64,000 bases of DNA from an uncultured Gemmatimonadales bacterium. Lineage in GTDB: Bacteria; Gemmatimonadota; Gemmatimonadetes; Gemmatimonadales; GWC2-71-9. Of the stretch, positions 1 through 8,255 are shown piece after piece. Positions within the stretch are counted from its first letter, which is position 1. The number at the start of each line of letters is the position of its first letter. The DNA lies in NCBI GenBank assembly GCA_963825055.1, contig CAWGSK010000002.1, positions 96,001 through 160,000 of the forward strand, given 5' to 3'. A program made the position numbers and the translations under genes. The notes beneath the pieces were generated by a model. It ran no database searches. It saw nothing but the letters and a program-made list of their open reading frames with translations, and was not told the origin of the DNA.

Positions 1-2
1 GC

Positions 3-1436
3 GCCAACGGCGGGTTCATCGCGGTGGATGACTACACGATGCAGAGCGCCGTCGGGGGCAACAACTCCTGTACCGCCGCGGGGTACATGCCGGTGGGCAC
101 CGTTGCGCATGAGACCGGCCACGCTTTCGGGCTGCCGGACCTGTACGACACAAGCGGCAACGGGCAGGGTATCGGGGAGTGGGGGCTCATGGGGAGTGGC
201 AACTATGCCACGCCCTTCAGTCCCGCCCGGATGAGCGCCTGGTCCCTCCTCCAGCTCGGCTGGATCACGGCTGTCCCGGTGTCGACGAGCCAGACCGTTA
301 CGCTGAATCCGGTTGCTTCAAGTGATACGGCGTACGTGGTTGCGCCCTCGGCCGGGGAGTACTGGATTCTGTCCAACCGTCAGGCCCAGGAGAGTGACAC
401 CGCCATGATGAACCCGGCCTTCAGCCGGGCCAAGGAGCCGGGCCTGCTGGTCTGGCATATCGACCAGAACAAGATCAATGCAGGGGCGCCGTCCAACGCC
501 GTGAACGTCGGTACGGTGCAGGGAGTCAAGCTGGAGCAGGCCGACGGGCGGGAGCAGCTTCAGGCGACAACCGGCGGCAACCGGGGCGATGCCGGAGATC
601 CCTTCCCGGGAAGCAGTGCCAAAACGCGGTACTCCTACTCCACCACGCCGGCCTCCCGGTTCAACTCGGGAACCCCCTCGGGGTTCGTCCTCGACAATAT
701 CGTCCAGCAGAGCCCGGGCGGGGCCATGCAGTTCGATTTCATAGCGGGCGAGCCGACGCTCGTCATTCGCCCCGACCGGTCACCGCTCCGGGTCAAGGTC
801 GGAGGCTTCCAGTACACCACGTTCGTGGACCTCTTCCCCAGCGGTGTGTCGGTCAACATCAGCACGGACTCGATCCAGACGGTGAGCGGCGGGCGGACGC
901 GGGCCGCGTTCCAGTCCTGGAGTAATGGCGGGCCCTTGTCGCAGGTGGTGACGACTTCGTCGACCGTCGATACGATCACCGCCTCGTTCGGTATCGAGAA
1001 CATCATCAAGGTGGACCATTCCAGCGGCGGGACCGTGACGGCCTCCACCACGGCGGGTCCCCTGGCGGGGGACTTCACGGCCGGGGTATTCCTGGCCGAG
1101 AACACGCCCGTCACCCTGACGATCACCCTGGGAGCTGGCGAAACTTTCCACGGCTGGACCGGTGACACCGTGACGTCGAACCCCACCGTGGTACTGCCGA
1201 TGAGCCGCGGGTATATCCTGACCGCCAACGTGCTGGCGACGGTCACGGTTGCGACGAACGATGCGGTCCAGGACATCCTCGGCACGCCGACGCTCACGGT
1301 CCAGCAGAAGACCTTCCTCGACCAGCTCGGGAACAACAACGGGATCTACGACCTCGGCGACTTCCTCGCCTTCGCCGACCGGAACGGCCTCAACCCCGCG
1401 CCCGTGCTCCAGCGCCTCGCGGGACGGAAGGAGTAA
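3..1436 (+). CDS. M6-family (immune inhibitor A-like) zinc metalloprotease, 5'-truncated by the window edge, with beta-rich C-terminal domains and a dockerin-like tail
   Basis: HETGHAFGLPDLYD zinc-binding motif, WGLMGSG Met-turn and GLLVWHID motif typical of M6 proteases; frame is open from position 3. Confidence 0.88.
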   Translation, partial: ANGGFIAVDDYTMQSAVGGNNSCTAAGYMPVGTVAHETGHAFGLPDLYDTSGNGQGIGEWGLMGSGNYATPFSPARMSAWSLLQLGWITAVPVSTSQTVTLNPVASSDTAYVVAPSAGEYWILSNRQAQESDTAMMNPAFSRAKEPGLLVWHIDQNKINAGAPSNAVNVGTVQGVKLEQADGREQLQATTGGNRGDAGDPFPGSSAKTRYSYSTTPASRFNSGTPSGFVLDNIVQQSPGGAMQFDFIAGEPTLVIRPDRSPLRVKVGGFQYTTFVDLFPSGVSVNISTDSIQTVSGGRTRAAFQSWSNGGPLSQVVTTSSTVDTITASFGIENIIKVDHSSGGTVTASTTAGPLAGDFTAGVFLAENTPVTLTITLGAGETFHGWTGDTVTSNPTVVLPMSRGYILTANVLATVTVATNDAVQDILGTPTLTVQQKTFLDQLGNNNGIYDLGDFLAFADRNGLNPAPVLQRLAGRKE

Positions 1437-1441
1437 CACCG

Positions 1442-1828
1442 ATGCGACGCACCGTGCTGCCTATCGCCCTGCTCGCCGCCCTCGCATGCGGCGGTGACGG
1501 TACCGGGCCGGGCGGCCCGACACCGGGACAGCTCACCATCCAGCTCAATACGTCGAGCACGAGCGTCGGCGCACTGATGTTCCTGGTCCGGGGTGGTCCG
1601 GTGGATAGCGTGAGCAGCACCTACAGCAGGTACGACGCCGATGCGGCGGGGGGAAACCACCGGATCATCGTGACGGGCAACATTGTGGCCGGCCCTGTGG
1701 CCACGATCCACGTTCCCGATACCCGCGAAGCTGGGAGCTACAGCGCGACGGTGGAGCAGGCGGCCACGCGGCAGACCTATGGGCTCCAGAGCGCCTCGAC
1801 GTTTACGATGACGGTGGTGGGGCAGTAG
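1442..1828 (+). CDS. Lipoprotein, beta-sandwich (cohesin-like by eye)
   Basis: MRR + hydrophobic stretch + LAALAC lipobox; AAGGAG RBS just upstream; starts 5 nt after the protease stop. Confidence 0.75.
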   Translation: MRRTVLPIALLAALACGGDGTGPGGPTPGQLTIQLNTSSTSVGALMFLVRGGPVDSVSSTYSRYDADAAGGNHRIIVTGNIVAGPVATIHVPDTREAGSYSATVEQAATRQTYGLQSASTFTMTVVGQ

Positions 1829-1910
1829 GGGGGAAGGCAGTAGGGAGTAGGCAAGGTGGCAAGGGGGCAAGGGGGTAATCCCTACTCCCTACTGCCTACT
1901 CCCTGCTTAC
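1821..1910. repeat. Inverted short-tandem-repeat element (GG[C/G]AGTA heptamers and their inverse, GGCAAGG[G/T] units in the loop); possible bidirectional terminator or stabiliser
   Basis: Perfect 17-bp inverted repeat AGGCAGTAGGGAGTAGG (1835-1851) / CCTACTCCCTACTGCCT (1881-1897), between the convergent lipoprotein gene and tRNA-Ala. Confidence 0.8.
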
Positions 1911-1912
1911 TA

Positions 1913-1985
1913 TGGAGCGGAGGGGAATCGAACCCCTGACCTCATGCTTGCAAAGCACGCGCTCTCCCAACTGAGCTACCGCCCC
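1913..1985 (-). tRNA. tRNA-Ala(TGC)
   Basis: Reverse complement folds as a cloverleaf: GGGGCGG/CCGCTCC acceptor with G3:U70, anticodon arm CGTGC-TTTGCAA-GCATG, T-loop TTCGATT; CCA not encoded. Confidence 0.97.
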
Positions 1986-1996
1986 CGGTGGCGGGG

Positions 1997-2002
1997 ATTA
2001 TA
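1997..2002 (-). promoter_or_regulatory. -10 box (TATAAT) for tRNA-Ala
   Basis: Perfect TATAAT on the minus strand 11 nt upstream of the tRNA, followed by a GC-rich discriminator; -35 is weak. Confidence 0.55.
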
Positions 2003-2071
2003 CAGGCCACCCCCGGGCTGACGCCACCCTCCCGGCTGCCCCATCGCGCTTCCCCAGATACATTGTGGCGC

Positions 2072-3625
2072 ATGCTGACCGTCACGCGCCTGTTCCTTAT
2101 CCTCCTGGCCGTCACTCTGCTCCTTCCGGGCCGGCTGCCCCGTCGGCTGGGCGCCTTCGGCATGATCCTGGCCGGTTTCGCGGGGGCCGCCTTCTCCGCG
2201 CGGCTGGGGACGCGCCCCATGGCCGACCTCGTGACGACGGCACGGCTCGAAGGGGTCCCGCCGGGGTTTCTCGCCATTACGACGGGTCTGCTGTTCGCCG
2301 GCGTGATCGTCCTGGGCATCGCTGCCGTGACCGACCTGGCCACCAACGCGCCTGAACGCCGGCGCGCGCTGATCGCGGTGGTGGCCTGGGGTGGGGCCGC
2401 GTTTCTCGCCTGGCGGGACGCCGGCCCGCTCGCCGTCCGCACGGGATGGGGCGCCACGCTGGCGGACGGGGCGCTTGTCACCGCCGGGATTGCCGCGGTC
2501 GTTGCCATCCTGTACCTGGCGCGTCTCGATCGGGGCCTCGCCTGGCTCGACGACCGGCTTCTCGCTCCGCCACGGCCGGTGCCGCCGGCGGGTTGGCTCG
2601 TACTCGACCTGGTCCTGGCCCTGACTGGACTGCTGGCGGCCCTGGTCGTCCTGCTCTCCGGCCGCCTGGACCTCGTGCTTGCAGCCGCGCTCATCCTGAC
2701 CGTTGCGGCCCATCTCCTGTCGTGGCGGCGCGGCGGCGGCACGCCAGTGCCGGTGCTCCCTGTCTTTGCCGTCGCCCTGGTACCGTTCGGCTTTCTCGCG
2801 CTGTCCATCGCGGGGACCGGGCCGTCGCTCTCCCTGCTCGCGCAGGGATCGTTCAGTGGCACGGCCGAGCGACTGATAGCCGGCCTCCTTCTGGTAGTGG
2901 TCGTGGCATTCGCCGGACTGTGGCCGCTCCACGGCGTTGTACCGGGGCGATGGGTCCTGCCGATCGGCGCCGTACTGCTGTGGCGGGTCGGCGTGCCGAT
3001 CGTGCCCGAGGGCGTGGCCCACTGGGCCCCGCTGGTATTCCCGGTCGTGGCCGTGAGCGTGTGGCGTGCCGCCGCCCGCCGGCATCTGCCCGAGCTCTTC
3101 GCGGCGCTGGCGGTGCTGAGCGCTGCCAGTGTTCTGCCTCCCGGCCTCACCGGGGCGCGCTGGCTTGCGCTGGCCTGCGTGTTGTTCCTGGGGCTGGATG
3201 CGCTGGAGGCGGGGAGCCGTGTCGTGGCGGGGCTGCGGCGGCTGGCCTGGCTGGTGCCGGCCTGGGGAATGCTGCTGGCGATAACGGCCGGGCTCGAAAG
3301 CCAGGTGACCTATACGGTCGTCACGGTGCTCGGGCTGTGTGCGGGGGTGGCGTGGTCGTACCGGGAGTTGCCGCCGAGGCTTCGGGCGATGGCGCCGACT
3401 GCTGGGACTGGGGGCGGACGCAGCCGTGATCGAAGCCCGCCCAGGTCCAGCGCCAGGATCGTCACCACCAGTCCGGTAACCACCAGCAGCAGGGTGGGCA
3501 GCACCCAGCGCCGGCGCCTGCCGCTGGGGCGCCAGCCGTTCCGTCCCCGGTCCCCGGGGTTGAACCCCACCACGCGCTGCATTAATGAACCCTCCGCGCG
3601 GTCACGTGCCGCGACCGCTGACTGA
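2072..3625 (+). CDS. Polytopic membrane protein of unknown function; true 3' end uncertain
   Basis: Long hydrophobic ORF with many predicted TM segments; ATG at 2072; the tail after about 3370 is low-complexity and overlaps an antisense gene. Confidence 0.6.
   Translation: MLTVTRLFLILLAVTLLLPGRLPRRLGAFGMILAGFAGAAFSARLGTRPMADLVTTARLEGVPPGFLAITTGLLFAGVIVLGIAAVTDLATNAPERRRALIAVVAWGGAAFLAWRDAGPLAVRTGWGATLADGALVTAGIAAVVAILYLARLDRGLAWLDDRLLAPPRPVPPAGWLVLDLVLALTGLLAALVVLLSGRLDLVLAAALILTVAAHLLSWRRGGGTPVPVLPVFAVALVPFGFLALSIAGTGPSLSLLAQGSFSGTAERLIAGLLLVVVVAFAGLWPLHGVVPGRWVLPIGAVLLWRVGVPIVPEGVAHWAPLVFPVVAVSVWRAAARRHLPELFAALAVLSAASVLPPGLTGARWLALACVLFLGLDALEAGSRVVAGLRRLAWLVPAWGMLLAITAGLESQVTYTVVTVLGLCAGVAWSYRELPPRLRAMAPTAGTGGGRSRDRSPPRSSARIVTTSPVTTSSRVGSTQRRRLPLGRQPFRPRSPGLNPTTRCINEPSARSRAATAD
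3310..3582 (-). CDS. Small single-pass membrane protein (MQRVVGFNPGDR...)
   Basis: ATG at 3582 with GGAGGG RBS, an Arg-rich stretch followed by one TM helix (WVLPTLLLVVTGLVVTILAL), and an ECF-type promoter upstream. Confidence 0.55.
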   Translation of the reverse strand: MQRVVGFNPGDRGRNGWRPSGRRRRWVLPTLLLVVTGLVVTILALDLGGLRSRLRPPPVPAVGAIARSLGGNSRYDHATPAHSPSTVTTV

Positions 3626-3650
3626 GAGTTACTTTGTTTCATAAAGTTCC
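3623..3650 (-). promoter_or_regulatory. RpoE/ECF-type promoter
   Basis: Minus strand reads GGAACTT-N16-TCTCA, matching the RpoE/AlgU pattern GAACTT-N16-TCTNA. Confidence 0.5.
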
Positions 3651-3696
3651 GCAAGGCCGGAATTTCGCGAGCCGGTGCCGGGTGTGACGCAGCGCG

Positions 3697-3726
3697 TTGA
3701 CCGCGATCGGCGCGTGGGTCCATATT
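3697..3726 (+). promoter_or_regulatory. sigma70-type promoter for sodA
   Basis: TTGACC-N18-CATATT, then GAGGAG RBS before ATG 3779. Confidence 0.45.
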
Positions 3727-3778
3727 GCCGGTTCTGGCGCAAGAGAAAATGCCATCCCGTTGAGAGGAGTCCGCAGCA

Positions 3779-4393
3779 ATGCCATTCACGTGTCCCCCCC
3801 TGCCATACGACTACAATGCCCTGGAGCCGCACATCGATGAGCAGACGATGCGCCTCCACCACGACAAGCACCATCAGGGGTACGTCGACAAGCTCAATGC
3901 CGCGCTCGAGGGTCACAAGGATCTCGCGCAGAAGTCCGTCGAGGAACTCCTGAGTAACCTGGACGACCTCCCGGACGACATCCGGACCGCCGTCCGCAAC
4001 AATGGTGGTGGTCACGCCAACCACTCCCTGTTCTGGGAGATCATGACACCCGGCGGCGCCACCGAACCGGTGGGCGCCCTTGCTCAGGCTGTCTCGGATA
4101 CGTTCGGTGGGTTCGCGAAGTTCAAGGAAGAATTCGCGAAGGCCGCCGGCAGCCGCTTCGGAAGCGGTTGGGGCTGGCTGTCCCTGGGGAAGAACGGGGC
4201 GCTCGTTATCGAGAGCACGCCGAACCAGGACACGCCCCTGATGGCAGGCAAGGTCCCCGTGATGGGCGTGGACGTCTGGGAGCACGCCTACTACCTGCAC
4301 TACCAGAACCGCCGGCCCGACTACCTGGCGGCCTGGTGGAATGTGGTGAACTGGACGGTGATCGCGAAGCGCTACGACAGCGTGCGCGGCTAG
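3779..4393 (+). CDS. sodA: Superoxide dismutase, Mn/Fe family (Mn-type signature)
   Basis: [24 protein letters not shown] and DVWEHAYY motifs. Confidence 0.95.
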   Translation: MPFTCPPLPYDYNALEPHIDEQTMRLHHDKHHQGYVDKLNAALEGHKDLAQKSVEELLSNLDDLPDDIRTAVRNNGGGHANHSLFWEIMTPGGATEPVGALAQAVSDTFGGFAKFKEEFAKAAGSRFGSGWGWLSLGKNGALVIESTPNQDTPLMAGKVPVMGVDVWEHAYYLHYQNRRPDYLAAWWNVVNWTVIAKRYDSVRG

Positions 4394-4394
4394 C

Positions 4395-4853
4395 ATGCAG
4401 CTTCCTGAGGTCGGCACGCCGGCGCCCGGCTTCACCCTTCCCTCCACCGCCGGGGAAGAGGTGACGCTTTCCGGCCTCCGCGGCCGGAAGGTTCTCCTGG
4501 CGTTCTTCCCGCTGGCGTTCACCAGTGTGTGCACCGCGGAACTCTGTGCGTTCACCGAGGTCTATGACCGGTTCGTCGACCAGGACACCGTCGTGCTTCC
4601 CATCAGCGTGGACTCCATCCCCACGCTCCGGGAATTCAAGAAGAAGGAAGGGCTGGGGGTGGAACTGCTGAGTGATTTCCGGCGTGAGGTCTCCCGGTCC
4701 TACGGGGCCCTGCTGGAGGACAGGTTTCATTCCGGTCGGGCCTATGTCCTGATCGACCGGGAGGGGATCGTGCGGTGGGTCCATGGCGAGGAAACGACGG
4801 GGGCCCGGCGCGAGAATGCTGACCTTCTGAAGGAGATCGCTGCGATTCCCTGA
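4395..4853 (+). CDS. Peroxiredoxin (AhpE/BCP-like redoxin)
   Basis: FFPLAFTSVCTAELC (PxxxTxxC) peroxidatic motif; SVDS, LLSDF and RAYVLID motifs. Confidence 0.88.
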   Translation: MQLPEVGTPAPGFTLPSTAGEEVTLSGLRGRKVLLAFFPLAFTSVCTAELCAFTEVYDRFVDQDTVVLPISVDSIPTLREFKKKEGLGVELLSDFRREVSRSYGALLEDRFHSGRAYVLIDREGIVRWVHGEETTGARRENADLLKEIAAIP

Positions 4854-5048
4854 AATCCCTCATTCGCCGGCCCATGCATAATGCCTTCCCCGCTCGCGGG
4901 GCCTTCAACCGCCGCAGGCATTCAAGTGCTTGCGGCGGCTGGCTTTATGGCTTGTGCATGCCCGTGCATGAAGCTTGCCGTGGAGGCATGGGAAGACCAT
5001 CCACGGCGGATTCCGCGGCCGGCGTGGCGCGGGTTGGGCAGCCCGTCC

Positions 5049-5075
5049 TCAAGTCGTTGGCAGCCCTGCCGATAA
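5049..5075 (+). promoter_or_regulatory. sigma28 (FliA-type) promoter
   Basis: TCAA-N15-GCCGATAA, with an exact -10 consensus and canonical spacing. Confidence 0.7.
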
Positions 5076-5121
5076 CGACAGCAACGGGAACGGGCCCGGT
5101 GGGCCGGACGCAGGGGCAGAC

Positions 5122-8100
5122 ATGGACCTGGATGCTGTACGGGAATGGATGACAGTCGACTCACCGCTCTGGTTCGCGGTGAGCGCGCTTGCGCTGTCAG
5201 GGTTCACCCTCGGGCTGTTGCTGGTCCGGCGCCGCCTGGGCGTCGGCTGGCTCTGGCTCTGGGTGGGCGCCGCCACCGTGCTCATGTGGCTGGGCTACGG
5301 GGACAACTGGCTCGTTCCCGGTCCCACCGGTCTTCCCGTTCTCGTGGCGAGTGGCCTCCTGGCACCGGCGCTCCTGATGCTCATGCTGCTGGTGTACGTC
5401 GAGCACGGGGCCGCGGACGCCCGTCGCGTGGCCGGCGGCATCATTGCCACCTCCTTCCTGTATCAGGGCCTTGCGGCCCTTCCCGACTTCGGCCCCGGGA
5501 TCCACCTGCCCGCGGCTGGCTGGCAGATGGTCCTGGGGGGCACCCTGGGGTTCAGTGCGGGCCTCGCCGCGATGGCCGTGCTCTACCAGATCCTCACGAA
5601 TATTCGCTTCGCCCCACCGGTCTCGCTCCGGTTCGCAGTTGCGCTGCTGGCTGGCACCTTCGTGCACGGAGGCGTGTTCATGCTCGTGGGGCTGGGCGGC
5701 CCCACCGACTTTATCCTGCTCGACCCCAGCGCCTTCGCCACCGCGAAGCTGGTTGCCGGGATGATCCTCTCGCTCCCCGCCGCGGCCTACCTGCACTGGC
5801 AGCACCACATGGGGCGGCGACTGGCGGTCCAGGACATGGGGCCACTCGCCATCGCGGGCCTGGGGACGGAGGGGCCCGTTCCCACCTTCGAAACCTGGCG
5901 TGCGATGGCCGAAACCCTGGGTGACGGCATGACGGCCTCGGCGGATTCCCATATCATCTTCGCGAACGCGGCGATGGCGCGGATCGCGGGCTACCGCGAC
6001 GGGGAGGCCATGGCAGGGCTGCCCTTCGCCCAGTTCGTCCGGGACGAGGACCTCGAGCGGCTGCTCGGCAACCACCGGCTCCGGCTCGAGGGTGCGCTGA
6101 ACGCCACGAGCTACGAATGGCATCTCCGCCGTCTGGACGGACAGGTCCGGACGCTGGCCACCACGGCCACCCCGGCGCTGCTGGGCGGCCGGCGGGTGGT
6201 CATCGAGATCCACCGGGATGTCACCCTCGAGCGGGAGACACACGAGAAACTGGAGGCCAGCAACCTTGCGGTACACGCGCTCGTGGCCGGCGCGTCGGCG
6301 CTTGTCCCGTCGCTCAATCCCGAGAAGATCATTGCCTCCGTGGCGGAGCAGGCGGCCCGGCTGGTGGGTGCGGAGTTCGTCGTGTTCTTCGAGAAGAAGA
6401 GCGGGGCGGACCGTCTCGTCTGTCGGCATATCGAGGGCGCGGCCTACGGGATTCTGGTCGGTGAGGAGGTCAGCCCGGACGAGTACGCCAACGTCGGGTA
6501 CCTCCCGCGTTCCGGCGCGCGCCACTCGATGCCGCTCCTGGCGGACGGGCTCGAGCTTGGCCTGCTGATGATCGGCTTGCGACAGGAAGGGCGGCAGTTC
6601 ACCTGGGACGAGCTGGGCCTGCTGGATGCCCTCGGCGCAATGGGCGCCGCCGCACTCCGGACCTCGCAACTCGTCCGGAACCTGCGCGATGCCGAGCAGC
6701 GCTATGCGACCCTGTTCGACCAGGTGCCGACCCCGGTCTGGCTGTTCGACATGGAAACGCTGCACCTGCACGCCGCGAACCAGGCCGCGATACGCCGGTA
6801 CGGCTGGAGTCGCGACGAGTTCCTCAACATGTTGCTGGGGGAACTCGCACCGCCACCGGCGTTCGAGGGCCTCGTTGCCGGTGCCCGGCCGTCTGGCAGC
6901 CAGGCGCCGCCGCCGTTCCTGACCCGCCATCGGGACAAGACCGGCGAGGAGTTCGACGTCCTGATGAGCGTCTCGCACGTGGAGATCGGTGGGGTGCGGT
7001 GGGGGCTCGCCGCATCGGTGGACCTCACCGTGGACCGGAAGAACCAGGAACGGCAGCAGAACTCGCAGCGCCTCGAGTCGCTCGGCCGCCTGGCCGGCGG
7101 TATCGCACACGACTTCAACAACATCCTTACGGCGCTGCAGGTTGACCTGGCCCTGCTGGTCGGCGACTACCAGGATCACGAACCGCTCCAGCGGGAACTG
7201 GCCCACATCCTGGCGGCAGTCGAGCGCGCCAGCGACCTGACCCGGCAGATCCTGCTGTTCAGCCGCGGCGAGGAAGCCAAGCGCCGCCCGGTACACCTGA
7301 ATGAAGCCGTGCGCACCATCGAGCGGCTGCTCATGCGGTCGCTGGGCGAAACCGTGGACCTGGTGGTGGACCTGCACCCCGCCAACCCCATGGTGTCGGC
7401 CGACCCGGCCCAGTTGCAGCTCGCGCTCGTGAACCTGTGCCTCAACGGGCGCGATGCGATGCCGCTCGGCGGGGTGCTCAAGGTCACCTCGAAGCGGCAG
7501 GAGCTCGATCCCGCGACCGCCGAGCGACTCGGGATGCGACCCGGTATGGCAGCCGTCCTGGTGGTGGCGGACACCGGCTCCGGCATGACGCCGGAAATCC
7601 TGGGACGGGCGATGGAGCCGTTCTTCACGACCAAGAAGGCGGACCGGGGCACCGGCCTCGGCCTTTCCATCGTGCATGGCGTGGCCCGAGCCCATGATGG
7701 CGCGGTGGAAATCGAGTCGCAGGTCGGGGCGGGGACCCGCGTCACGCTCTATGTCCCGGAACTGCTGGAGTCGGTGGCACCCGAAGGGGCCGAAGCGCCG
7801 CGGAACCTGCGGGGCGGAGAGACCGTGCTCCTGGTGGATGACGAGCCTGCGATCCGGCGTGCCGGAGGCCGGATGCTGGAACGCTACGGCTACCGGGTAG
7901 TGGTAGCGGAGGATGGCGAGGCCGCGCTCCGCAAGCTGGAGGATCCCGCCGAGCACATTGATCTCGTCATCACCGACATGGTGATGCCGCGGCTCGATGC
8001 CCGCGGGCTGATCGAGGTGGTCCGTCGGAAGTGGCCCGACCTCCCGGTCCTGCTCTCCACGGGGTACGATGACAACCGCCTGAGTGCCGGGATCTCCGAG

Positions 8101-8187
8101 CTCTTCAACGCGCTGGTGGCCAAGCCCTATACTCCCGACGAGATCCTGGGGGCGGTCCGGGACGTGCTGGACGGCGTCAGGCCCTAG
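5122..8187 (+). CDS. Membrane-bound hybrid sensor histidine kinase (multi-TM, PAS, GAF, PAS, HisKA, HATPase, REC)
   Basis: GRLAGGIAHDFNNIL H-box, EPFFTTK and GTGLGL boxes, C-terminal receiver (LLVDDE...TDMVMP...KPY); start placed at ATG 5122 downstream of the sigma28 promoter. Confidence 0.9.
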   Translation: MDLDAVREWMTVDSPLWFAVSALALSGFTLGLLLVRRRLGVGWLWLWVGAATVLMWLGYGDNWLVPGPTGLPVLVASGLLAPALLMLMLLVYVEHGAADARRVAGGIIATSFLYQGLAALPDFGPGIHLPAAGWQMVLGGTLGFSAGLAAMAVLYQILTNIRFAPPVSLRFAVALLAGTFVHGGVFMLVGLGGPTDFILLDPSAFATAKLVAGMILSLPAAAYLHWQHHMGRRLAVQDMGPLAIAGLGTEGPVPTFETWRAMAETLGDGMTASADSHIIFANAAMARIAGYRDGEAMAGLPFAQFVRDEDLERLLGNHRLRLEGALNATSYEWHLRRLDGQVRTLATTATPALLGGRRVVIEIHRDVTLERETHEKLEASNLAVHALVAGASALVPSLNPEKIIASVAEQAARLVGAEFVVFFEKKSGADRLVCRHIEGAAYGILVGEEVSPDEYANVGYLPRSGARHSMPLLADGLELGLLMIGLRQEGRQFTWDELGLLDALGAMGAAALRTSQLVRNLRDAEQRYATLFDQVPTPVWLFDMETLHLHAANQAAIRRYGWSRDEFLNMLLGELAPPPAFEGLVAGARPSGSQAPPPFLTRHRDKTGEEFDVLMSVSHVEIGGVRWGLAASVDLTVDRKNQERQQNSQRLESLGRLAGGIAHDFNNILTALQVDLALLVGDYQDHEPLQRELAHILAAVERASDLTRQILLFSRGEEAKRRPVHLNEAVRTIERLLMRSLGETVDLVVDLHPANPMVSADPAQLQLALVNLCLNGRDAMPLGGVLKVTSKRQELDPATAERLGMRPGMAAVLVVADTGSGMTPEILGRAMEPFFTTKKADRGTGLGLSIVHGVARAHDGAVEIESQVGAGTRVTLYVPELLESVAPEGAEAPRNLRGGETVLLVDDEPAIRRAGGRMLERYGYRVVVAEDGEAALRKLEDPAEHIDLVITDMVMPRLDARGLIEVVRRKWPDLPVLLSTGYDDNRLSAGISELFNALVAKPYTPDEILGAVRDVLDGVRP

Positions 8188-8214
8188 GGACGCGTTCCCC
8201 GGCGGTGGGGCCCC

Positions 8215-8223
8215 TGCTATACT
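8215..8223 (+). promoter_or_regulatory. Extended -10 promoter
   Basis: TGcTATACT about 33 nt upstream of ATG 8256. Confidence 0.45.
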
Positions 8224-8255
8224 TCGGCTTTTCCCGCTCCCTGGACAAGGATGTC

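Noticed and set aside
1913..1985. tRNA-Ala(TGC) as part of an rRNA operon spacer
   Set aside because: No rRNA sequence flanks it, and it has its own -10 box
4875..5040. Small ORFs, a hairpin (about 4909-4938) and a sigma54-like site between the peroxiredoxin and the kinase
   Set aside because: The ORFs lack RBS or motifs, the hairpin has no clear U-tract, and the sigma54-like site lacks the invariant GG
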